From contig JBHGNT010000313.1 of assembly GCA_043228905.1 (NCBI GenBank), positions 1 through 35,796 on the forward strand: DNA of 35,796 nt. The letters run 5' to 3'. The translations under genes and the position numbers were made by a program. The notes beneath the pieces are model-generated. The model did no database searches and had not been told where the DNA came from. It saw only the letters and a program-made list of their open reading frames with translations. Positions 1 through 11,304 of this stretch are shown here, one piece after another. The DNA comes from Azolla caroliniana. Taxonomy: Eukaryota > Plantae > Polypodiophyta. Every line of letters begins with the position of its first letter. The first letter of the stretch is position 1.

Positions 1-89
1 AAGTTTCAAAATCTTGATTTTTTAGTTCTATATCATAGCTAGCTTTGTTAGATTGGATTCCCATGTTTGAACACAAAAATCCGATATCA

Positions 90-267
90 CACGAGCCAGG
101 TATGAACATTGTAATTTAGTAACGCGCTATTCTCCACTACCTCCTCAAATTTGCTAATATCTTCATGTCTCTCGACCTGAGTTTCAAAATCTTGATTTTT
201 TAATTCTATATAATAGCTACCTTTGTTTGCTTCGATTCGCATGTTTGAACACAAAAATCCGATATCA
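90..267 (+). repeat. Representative monomer, subtype B (AGTAACGCGCTATTCTCCAC / ACTAATGCGCT.TTCTCCAC module)
   Basis: 178 bp between successive CACGAGCCAG; carries the GCGCT..TCTCCAC module at consensus positions ~29-52. Confidence 0.92.
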
Positions 268-445
268 CACGAGCCAGGTATGAACATTTTAATTTACCTA
301 CTAGTTCTTGTCAACACCCTCCTCAAATTTGCTAATTTCTTCATGTCTCTCGACCTGAGTTTCAAAATCTCCATTTCTTAATTCCATAGGATAGCTAGCT
401 TTCTTAGCTTCGATTCGCATGTTTGAACACAAAAATCCGATATCA
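268..445 (+). repeat. Representative monomer, subtype A (ACCTACTAGTTCTTGTCAAC module)
   Basis: Next 178-bp unit; same conserved boxes but the alternative module at positions ~29-52. Confidence 0.92.
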
Positions 446-1329
446 CACGAGCCAGGTATGAACATTTTAATATACTAATGCGCTATTCTCCACTACCTCC
501 TCAAATTTGCTAATATCTTCATGTCTCTCGACCTGAGTTTCAAAATCTTGATTCTTTAAATCTATATAATAGCTACCTTTGTTAGCTTCGATTCGCCTAT
601 TTGAACACAGAAATCCGATATCACACGAGCCAGGTATGAACATTTTAATTCACCTACTAGTTCTTGTCAACTCCCTCCTCAAATTTGCTAATTTCTTCAT
701 GTCTTTCGACCTGAGTTTCAAAATCTGGATTTTTTAATTCTATATAATAGCTACCTTTGTTAACTTTGATTCGCATGTTTGAACACAAAAATCCGATATT
801 ACACGAGCCAGGTATGAACATTTGAATTTACTAATGCGCTGTTCTCCACGACGTCCTCAAATTTGCTAATTTCTTTATGTCTTTCGCCCTGAGTTTCAAA
901 ATCTTGATTCTTTAAATCTATATAATAGCTACCTTTGTTAGCTTCGATTCGCCTATTTGAACACAGAAATCCGATATCACACGAGCCAGGTATGAACATT
1001 TTAATTCACCTACTAGTTCTTGTCAACTCCCTCCTCAAATTTGCTAATTTCTTCATGTCTTCCGACCTGAGTTTCAAAATCTGGATTTTTTAATTCTATA
1101 TAATAGCTACATTTGTTAGCTTCGATTCGCATGTTTGAACAAAAAAATCCGATATTACACGAGCCAGGTATGAACATTTGAATTTACCTACTAGTTCTTG
1201 TCAACTACCTCGTCAAATTTGCTAATTTCTTCATGTATCTCGACCTGAGTTTCAAAATCTTGATTTTTTAGTTCTATATCATAGCTAGCTTTGTTAGATT
1301 GGATTCCCATGTTTGAACACAAAAATCCG

Positions 1330-3500
1330 ATATCACACGAGCCAGGTATGAACATTGTAATTTAGTAACGCGCTATTCTCCACTACCTCCTCAAATTTGC
1401 TAATATCTTCATGTCTCTCGACCTGAGTTTCAAAATCTTGATTCTTTAATTCTATATAATAGCTACCTTTGTTAGCTTCGATTCGCCTATTTGAACAAAG
1501 AAATCCGATATCACACGAGCCAGGTATGAACATTTTAATTCACCTACTAGTTCTTGTCAACTCCCTCCTCAAATTTGCTAATTTCTTCATGTCTTTCGAC
1601 CTGAGTTTCAAAATCTGGATTTTTTAATTCTATATAATAGCTACATTTGTTAGCTTCGATTCGCATGTTTGAACACAAAAATCCGATATTACACGAGCCA
1701 GGTATGAACATTTGAATTTACCTACTAGTTCTTGTCAACTACCTCCTCAAATTTGCTAATTTCTTCATGTCTCTCGACCTGAGTTTCAAAATCTTGATTT
1801 TTTAATTCTATATCATAGCTAGCTTTGTTAGATTGGATTCCCATGTTTGAACACAAAAATCCGATATCACACGAGCCAGGTATGAACATTTTAATTTAGT
1901 AACGCGCTATTCTCCACTACCTCCTCAAATTTGCTAATATATTCATGTCTCTCGACCTGAGTTTCAAAATCTTGATTTTTTAATTCTATATAATATCTAC
2001 CGTTGTTAGCTTCGATTCTCATGTTTGAACACAAAAATCCGATATCACACGAGCCAGGTATGAACATTTTAATATACTAACGCGCTCTTCTCCACTACCT
2101 CCACAAATTTGCTAATTTCGTCATGTCTCTCGACCTGAGTTTCCAAATCTCAATTTATTAATTGCCAAGCAGAGCTAGCTTTGTTAGCTTCGATTCGCAT
2201 GTTTGAACACAAAACTCCGATACCACACGCGCTAGGTATGAACATTTTAATTTACCTACTTGCTCTTGTCAACTCCCGCCTCAAATTTGCTAATTTCTTC
2301 ATATCTCTCGACCTGAGTTTCAAAATCTCCATTTTTTAATTCCATATCATAGCTAGCTTTGTTAGCTTCGATTCGCATGTTTGAACACAAAAATCCGATA
2401 TCACACGAGCCAGGTATGAACATTTTAATTTAGTAATGCGCTATTCTCCACTACCTCCTCAAATTTGCTAATATCTTCATGTCTCTCGACCTGAGTTTCA
2501 AAATCTTGATTCTTTAATTGTATATAATAGCTACCTTTGTTAGCTTCGATTCGCCTATTTGAACAAAGAAATCCGATATCACACGAGCCAGGTATGAACA
2601 TTTTAATTCACCTACTAGTTCTTGTCAACTCCCTCCTCAAATTTGCTAATTTCTTCATGTCTTTCGACCTGAGTTTCAAAATCTGGATTTTTTAAATCTA
2701 TATAATAGCTACATTTGTTAGCTTCGATTCGCATGTTTGAACACAAAAATCCGATATTACACGAGCCAGGTATGAACATTTGAATTTACCTACTAGTTCT
2801 TGTCAACTACCTCCTCAAATTTGCTAATTTCTTCATGTCTCTTGACCTGAGTTTCAAAATCTTGATTTTTTAATTCTATATCATAGCTAGCTTTGTTAGA
2901 TTGGATTCCCATGTTTGAACACAAAAATCCGATATCACACGAGCCAGGTATGAACATTTTAATTTAGTAACGCGCTATTCTCCACTACCTCCTCAAATTT
3001 GCTAATATATTCATGTCTCTCGACCTGAGTTTCAAAATCTTGATTTTTTAATTCTATATAATATCTACCGTTGTTAGCTTCGATTCTCATGTTTGAACAC
3101 AAAAATCCGATATCACACGAGCCAGGTATGAACATTTTAATATACTAACGCGCTCTTCTCCACTACCTCCACAAATTTGCTAATTTCGTCATGTCTCTCG
3201 ACCTGAGTTTCCAAATCTCAATTTATTAATTGCCAAGCAGAGCTAGCTTTGTTAGCTTCGATTCGCATGTTTGAACACAAAAATCCGATACCACACGCGC
3301 TAGGTATGAACATTTTAATTTACCTACTTGCTCTTGTCAACTCCCGCCTCAAATTTGCTAATTTCTTCATGTCTCTCGACCTGAGTTTCAAAATCTCCAT
3401 TTTTTAATTCCATATCATAGCTAGCTTTGTTAGCTTCGATTCGCATGTTTGAACACAAAAATCCGATATCACACGAGCCAGGTATGAACATTTTAATTTA
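1330..3500 (+). repeat. 6-mer HOR (1068 bp), two tandem copies; repeated at ~17009-19179
   Basis: Rare variants TGCCAAGCAG (2163, 3231) and GAACAAAG (1493, 2561) are 1068 = 6x178 apart. Boundaries approximate. Confidence 0.88.
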
Positions 3501-4860
3501 CTAATGCGCTATTCTCCACTACCTCCTCAAATTTGCTAATATCTTCATTTCTCTCGACCTGAGTTTCAAAATCTGGATTTTTTAATTCTATATAATAGCT
3601 AGCTTTGTTAGCTTCGATTCGCATGTTTGAACACAGAAATCCGATATCATACGAGCCAGGTATGAACATTTTAATTTACTAATGCGCTCTTCTCCACGAC
3701 GTCCTCAAATTTGCTAATTTCTTTATATCATTCGCCCTGAGCTTCAAAATCTTGATTTTTTAATTCCATATCAGAGCTAGCGTTGTTAGCTTCGATTCGC
3801 ATGTTTGAACACAGAAATCCGATATCACACGAGCCAGGTATGAACATTTTATTTTAGTAACGCGCTATTCTCCACTACCTCCTCAAATTTGCTAATATCT
3901 TCATGTCTCTCGACCTGAGTTTCAAAATCTTGATTCTTTAATTCTATATAATAGCTACCTTTGTTAGCTTCGATTCGCCTATTTGAACACAGAAATCCGA
4001 TATCACACGAGCCAGGTATGAACATTTTAATTCACCTACTAGTTCTTGTCAACTCCCTCCTCAAATTTGCTAATTTCTTCATGTCTTTCGACCTTAGTTT
4101 CAAAATCTGGATTTTTTAATTCTATATAATAGCTACATTTGTTAGCTTCGATTCGCATGTTTGAACACAGAAATCCGATATTACACGAGCCAGGTATGAA
4201 CATTTTAATTCACCTACTAGTTCTTGTCAACTCCCTCCTCAAATTTGCTAATTTCTTCATGTCTCTCGACCTGAGTTTCAAAATCTTGATTTTTTAATTC
4301 TATATAATAGCTACCGTTGTTAGCTTCGATTCTCATGTTTGAACACAAAAATCCGATATCACACGAGCCAGGTATGAACATTTTAATATACTAACGCGCT
4401 CTTCTCCACTACCTCCACAAATTTGCTAATTTCGTCATGTCTCTCGACCTGAGTTTCCAAATCTCAATTTATTAATTGCCAAGCAGAGCTAGCTTTGTTA
4501 GCTTCGATTCGCATGTTTGAACACAAAAATCCGATACCACACGCGCTAGGTATGAACATTTTAATTTACCTACTTGCTCTTGTCAACTCCCGCCTCAAAT
4601 TTGCTAATTTCTTCATGTCTCTCGACCTGAGTTTCAAAATCTCCATTTTTTAATTCCATATCATAGCTAGCTTTGTTAGCTTCGATTCGTATGTTTGAAC
4701 ACAAAAATCCGATATCACACGAGCCAGGTATGAACATTTTAATTTAGTAACGCGCTATTCTCCACTACCTTCTCAAATTTGCTAATATCTTCATGTCTCT
4801 CGACCTGAGTTTCAAAATCTTGATTTTTTAATTCTATATAATAGCTACCTTTGTTTGCTT

Positions 4861-4880
4861 CGATTCGCAGGTATGAACAT
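4861..4880 (+). other. 35-bp deletion junction within a monomer (also at ~20540-20559)
   Basis: CGATTCGCA|GGTATGAAC lacks TGTTTGAACACAAAAATCCGATATCACACGAGCCA; ORF offset 1333 to 5036 = 21x178-35. Confidence 0.93.
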
Positions 4881-6700
4881 TTGAATTTACCTACTAGTTC
4901 TTGTCAACTACCTCCTCAAATTTGCTAATTTCTTCATGTCTCTCGACCTGAGTTTCAAAATCTTGATTTTTTAATTCTATATCATAGCTAGCTTTGTTAG
5001 ATTGGATTCCCATGTTTGAACACAAAAATCCGATATCACACGAGCCAGGTATGAACATTGTAATTTAGTAACGCGCTATTCTCCACTACCTCCTCAAATT
5101 TGCTAATATCTTCATGTCTCTCGACCTGAGTTTCAAAATCTTGATTCTTTAATTCTATATAATAGCTAGCTTTGTTAGCTTCGATTCGCATGTTTGAACA
5201 CAGAAATCCGATATCATACGAGCCAGGTATGAACATTTTAATTTACTAATGCGCTCTTCTCCACGACGTCCTCAAATTTGCTAATTTGTTCATGTCTCTC
5301 GACCTGAGTTTCAAAATCTTGATTTTTTAATTCTATATAATAGCTACCTTTGTTTGCTTCGATTCGCATGTTTGAACACAAAAATCCGATATCACACGAG
5401 CCAGGTATGAACATTTTAATTTACCTACTAGTTCTTGTCAACACCCTCCTCAAATTTGCTAATTTCTTCATGTCTCTCGACCTGAGTTTCAAAATCTCCA
5501 TTTTTTAATTCCATATGATAGCTAGCTTTCTTAGCTTCGATTCGCATGTTTGAACACAAAAATCCGATATCACACGAGCCAGGTATGAACATTTTAATTT
5601 ACTAATGCGCTATTCTCCACTACCTCCTCAAATTTGCTAATTTCTTCATTTCTCTCGACCTGAGTTTCAAAATCTGGATTTTTTAACTCTATATAATAGC
5701 TAGCTTTGTTAGCTTCGATTCGCATATTTGAACACAGAAATCCGATATCATACGAGCCAGGTATGAACATTTTAATTTACTAATGCGCTCTTCTCCACGA
5801 CGTCCTCAAATTTGCTAATTTCTTTATGTCATTCGCCCTGAGCTTCAAAATCTTGATTTTTTAATTCCATATCAGAGCTAGCGTTGTTAGCTTCGATTCG
5901 CATGTTTGAACACAGAAATCCGATATCACACGAGCCAGGTATCAACATTTTAATTTAGTAACGCGCTATTCTCCACTACCTCCTCAAATTTGCTAATATC
6001 TTCATGTCTCTCGACCTGAGTTTCAAAATCTTGATTCTTTAAATCTATATAATAGCTACCTTTGTTAGCTTCGATTCGCCTATTTGAACACAGAAATCCG
6101 ATATCACACGAGCCAGGTATGAACATTTTAATTCACCTACTAGTTCTTGTCAACTCCCTCCTCAAATTTGCTAATTTCTTCATGTCTTTCGACCTGAGTT
6201 TCAAAATCTGGATTTTTTAATTCTATATAATAGCTACATTTGTTAGCTTCGATTCGCATGTTTGAACACAAAAATCCGATATTACACGAGCCAGGTATGA
6301 ACATTTGAATTTACCTACTAGTTCTTGTCAACTACCTCCTCAAATTTGCTAATTTCTTCATGTATCTCGACCTGAGTTTCAAAATCTTGATTTTTTAGTT
6401 CTATATCATAGCTAGCTGTGTTAGATTGGATTCCCATGTTTGAACACAAAAATCCGATATCACACGAGCCAGGTATGAACATTGTAATTTAGTAACGCGC
6501 TATTCTCCACTACCTCCTCAAATTTGCTAATATCTTCATGTCTCTCGACCTGAGTTTCAAAATCTTGATTTTTTAATTCTATATAATAGCTACCTTTGTT
6601 TGCTTCGATTCGCATGTTTGAACACAAAAATCCGATATCACACGAGCCAGGTATGAACATTTTAATTTACCTACTAGTTCTTGTCAACACCCTCCTCAAA

Positions 6701-6720
6701 TTTGCTAATTTGAATTTACT
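6701..6720 (+). other. 129-bp deletion junction leaving a 49-bp partial monomer (also at ~22380-22399)
   Basis: TTTGCTAATTT|GAATTTACTAATG; ORF offset 6460 to 7043 = 4x178-129. Confidence 0.92.
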
Positions 6721-8579
6721 AATGCGCTATTCTCCACTACCTCCTCAAATTTGCTAATATCTTCATGTCTCTCGACCTGAGTTTCAAAATCTTGATTCTT
6801 TAAATCTATATAATAGCTACCTTTGTTAGCTTCGATTCGCCTATTTGAACACAGAAATCCGATATCACACGAGCCAGGTATGAACATTTTAATTCACCTA
6901 CTAGTTCTTGTCAACTCCCTCCTCAAATTTGCTAATTTCTTCATGTCTTTCGACCTGAGTTTCAAAATCTGGATTTTTTAATTCTATATAATAGCTACCT
7001 TTGTTAACTTCGATTCGCATGTTTGAACACAAAAATCCGATATTACACGAGCCAGGTATGAACATTTGAATTTACTAATGCGCTGTTCTCCACGACGTCC
7101 TCAAATTTGCTAATTTCTTTATGTCTTTCGCCCTGAGTTTCAAACTCTTGATTTTTTAATTCCATATTAGAGCTAGCGTTGTTAGCTTCGATTCGCATGT
7201 TTGAACACAAAAATCCGATATTACACGAGCTAGGTATGAACATTTTAATTCACCTACTAGTTCTTGTCAACTCCCTCCTCAAATTTGCTAATTTCTTCAT
7301 GTCTCTCGACCTGAGTTTCAAAATCTTGATGTTTTAATTCTATATCATAGCTAGATTTGTTAGATTGGATTCCCATGTTTGAACACAAAAATCCGATATC
7401 ACACGAGCCAGGTATGAACATTTTAATTTACCTACTAGTTCTTGTCAACTCCCTCCTCAAATTTGCTAATTTCTGAATGTCTGTCGACCTGAGTTTCAAA
7501 ATCTTGATTTTTTAATTCTATATCATAGCTAGCTTTGTTAGATTGGATTCCCATGTTTGAACACAAAAATCCGATATCACACGAGCCAGGTATGAACATT
7601 TTAATTTACCTACTAGTTCTTGTCAACTCCCTCCTCAAATTTGCTAATTTCTGAATGTCTGTCGACCTGAGTTTCAAAATCTTGATTTTTTAATTCTATA
7701 TTATAGCTAATGTTATTAGCTTCGATTCGCATGTTTGAACACAAAAATCAGATATCAGACGAGCTAGGTATGAACATTTTAATTTACCTACTAGCTCTTC
7801 TCCACTGCCTCCTCAAATTTGCTAATTTCGTCATGTCTCTCGACCTGAGTTTCAAAATCTTGATTTTTTAATTCCATATCATAGCAGTCGTTGTTAGCTT
7901 CGATTCGCATGTTTGAACACAAAAATCAGATATCATACGAGCCAAGTATGAACATTTTAATTTACCTCCTAGCTCTTGTCAACTCCCTCCTCAAATTTGC
8001 TAATTTCTTCATGTCTCTCGACCTGAGTTTCAAAATCTTAATTTGTTTATCCCAGATGAAAAGTGTCGTTGTAAGCTTCGATTCGCATTTTTGAACACAA
8101 AAATCCGATATCACACGAGCCAGGTATGAACATTTTAATTTAGTAACGCGCTATTCTCCACTACCTCCTCAAATTTGCTAATTTCTTCATTTCTCTCGAC
8201 CTGAGTTTTCAAAATCTTGATTTTTTAATTCTATATAATAGCTACCTTTGTTAGCTTCGATTCGCATGTTTGAACACAGAAATCCGATATTACACGAGCC
8301 AGCTATTAACATTTTAATTTATTAATACGCTCTTCTCCTCGACGTCCTCAAATTTGCTAATTTCTTTATGTCTTTCGCCCTGAGCTTCAAAATCTTGATT
8401 TTTTTAATCCATATCAGAGCTAGCGTTGTTAGCTTCGATTCGCATGTTTGAACACAGAAATCCGATCTCACCCGAGCCAGGTATGAACATTTTAATTTAC
8501 TAACGCGCTATTCTCCACTACCTCCTCAAATTTGCTAATTTCTTCATGTCTCTCGACCTGAGTTTCAAAATCTTGATTT

Positions 8580-9290
8580 TTTAATTCCATATTAGAGCTA
8601 GCGTTGTTAGCTTCGATTCGCATGTTTGAACACAGAAATCCGATATCACACGAGTCAGGTATGAACATTGTAATTTACCTACTTGCTCTTCTCAACTCCC
8701 GCCTCAAATTTGCTAATTTTTTCATGTCTCTCGACCTGAGTTTCAAAATCTTGATTTTTTAATCCCATATTAGAGCTAGCGTTGTTAGCTTCGATTCGCC
8801 TGTTTGAACATAGAAATCCGATATGACACGAGCCAGGTATGAACATTTTAATTTACCTACTAGTTCTTGTCAACTGCCTCCTCAAATTTGCTAATTTCTT
8901 AATGTCTGTCGACCTGAGTTTCAAAATCTCCATTTTTTAATTCCATATTAGAGCTAGCGTTGTTAGCTTCGATTCGCATGTTTGAACACAGAAATCCGAT
9001 ATCACACGAGTCAGGTATGAACATTGTAATTTACCTACTTGCTCTTCTCAACTCCCGCCTCAAATTTGCTAATTTTTTCATGTCTCTCGACCTGAGTTTC
9101 AAAATCTTGATTTTTTAATCCCATATTAGAGCTAGCGTTGTTAGCTTCGATTCGCCTGTTTGAACATAGAAATCCGATATCACACGAGCCAGGTATGAAC
9201 ATTTTAATTTACCTACTAGTTCTTGTCAACTGCCTCCTCAAATTTGCTAATTTCTTAATGTCTGTCGACCTGAGTTTCAAAATCTTGATT
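8580..9290 (+). repeat. 2-mer HOR (356 bp), two tandem copies; repeated at ~24260-24970
   Basis: CGAGTCAGG at 8651 and 9007; AATCCCATAT, GAACATAG and AACTGCC variants also recur at +356. Confidence 0.88.
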
Positions 9291-11304
9291 TTTTAATTCT
9301 ATATTATAGCTAGCTTTGTTAGCTTTGATTCGCATGTTTGAACACAAAAATCCGATATCACACGAGCCAGGTATGAACATTTTAATTTACCTACTAGTTC
9401 TTGTCAACACCCTCCTCAAATTTGCTAATTTCTTCATGTCTCTCGACCTGAGTTTCAAAATCTCCATTTTTTAATTCCATATGATAGCTAGCTTTCTTAG
9501 CTTCGATTCGCATGTTTGAACACAAAAATCCGATATCACACGAGCCAGGTATGAACATTTTAATTTACTAATGCGCTATTCTCCACTACCTCCTCAAATT
9601 TGCTAATTTCCTCATTTCTCTCGACCTGAGTTTCAAAATCTGGATTTTTTAACTCTATATAATAGCTAGCTTTGTTAGCTTCGATTCGCATATTTGAACA
9701 CAGAAATCCGATATCATACGAGCCAGGTATGAACATTTTAATTTACTAATGCGCTCTTCTCCACGACGTCCTCAAATTTGCTAATTTCTTTATGTCATTC
9801 GCCCTGAGCTTCAAAATCTTGATTTTTTAATTCCATATCAGAGCTAGCGTTGTTAGCTTCGATTCGCATGTTTGAACACAGAAATCCGATATCACACGAG
9901 CCAGGTATGAACATTTTAATTTACTAATGCGCTATTCTCCACTACCTCCTCAAATTTGCTAATATCTTCATGTCTCTCGACCTGAGTTTCAAAATCTTGA
10001 TTCTTTAAATCTACATAATAGCTACCTTTGTTAGCTTCGATTCGCCTATTTGAACACAGAAATCCGATATCACACGAGCCAGGTATGAACATTTTAATTC
10101 ACCTACTAGTTCTTGTCAACTCCCTCCTCAAATTTGCTAATTTCTTCATGTCTTTCGACCTGAGTTTCAAAATCTGGATTTTTTAATTCTATATAATAGC
10201 TACCTTTGTTAACTTCGATTCGCATGTTTGAACACAAAAATCCGATATTACACGAGCCAGGTATGAACATTTGAATTTACTAATGCGCTGTTCTCCACGA
10301 CGTCCTCAAATTTGCTAATTTCTTTATGTCTTTCGCCCTGAGTTTCAAACTCTTGATTTTTTAATTCCATATTAGAGCTAGCGTTGTTAGCTTCGATTCG
10401 CATGTTTGAACACAAAAATCCGATATTACACGAGCTAGGTATGAACATTTTAATTCACCTACTAGTTCTTGTCAACTCCCTCCTCAAATTTGCTAATTTC
10501 TTCATGTCTCTCGACCTGAGTTTCAAAATCTTGATGTTTTAATTCTATATCATAGCTAGCTTTGTTAGATTGGATTCCCATGTTTGAACACAAAAATCCG
10601 ATATCACACGAGCCAGGTATGAACATTTTAATTTAGTAACGCGCTATTCTCCACTACCTCCTCAAATTTGCTAATATCTTCATGTCTCTCGACCTGAGTT
10701 TCAAAATCTTGATTTTTTAATTCTATATAATAGCTACCGTTGTTAGCTTCGATTCTCATGTTTGAACACAAAAATTCGATATCACACGAGCCAGGTATGA
10801 ACATTTTAATATACTAACGCGCTCTTCTCCACTACCTCCACAAATTTGCTAATTTCGTCATGTCTCTCGACCTGAGTTTCAAAATCTCAATTTATTAATT
10901 GCCAAGCAGAGCTAGCTTTGTTAGCTTCGATTCGCATGTTTGAACACAAAAATCCGATACCACACGCGCTAGGTATGAACATTTTAATTTACCTACTTGC
11001 TCTTGTCAACTCCCGCCTCAAATTTGCTAATTTCTTCATGTCTCTCGACCTGAATTTCAAAATCTCCATTTTTTAATTCCATATCATAGCTAGCTTTGTT
11101 AGCTTCGATTCGCATGTTTGAACACAAAAATCCGATATTACACGAGCCAGGTATGAACATTTTAATTTAGTAACGCGCTATTCTCCACTACCTCCTCAAA
11201 TTTGCTAATTTCTTCATTTCTCTCGACCTGAGTTTCAAAATCTGGATTTTTTAATTCTATATAATAGCTACCTTTGTTAGCTTCGATTCGCCTATTTGAA
11301 CAAA

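Larger units (their letters stand above)
1..9390 (+). repeat. Large duplicated block, copy 1 (offset 15,679 bp to copy 2)
   Basis: Eight ORF pairs with identical translations differ by exactly 15,679 (87/15766, 799/16478, 1333/17012, 5036/20715, 6460/22139, 6705/22384, 7043/22722, 7891/23570). Both deletions and the +1 insertion are shared. The match ends at 9390/25069. Confidence 0.95.

Noticed and set aside
207-214. TATATAAT as a TATA box or -10 element
   Set aside because: It lies in a variable AT-rich module, is absent from many monomers, and has no downstream gene.
230-246. CENP-B box suggested by CTTCG
   Set aside because: The required pattern TTCG....A..CGGG is not completed, and I saw no match on the other strand.
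90-267. Identity with Arabidopsis thaliana CEN178/CEN180
   Set aside because: Only the length matches; the sequence does not resemble the CEN178 consensus as I recall it and lacks a HindIII site per monomer. Needs BLAST to confirm.
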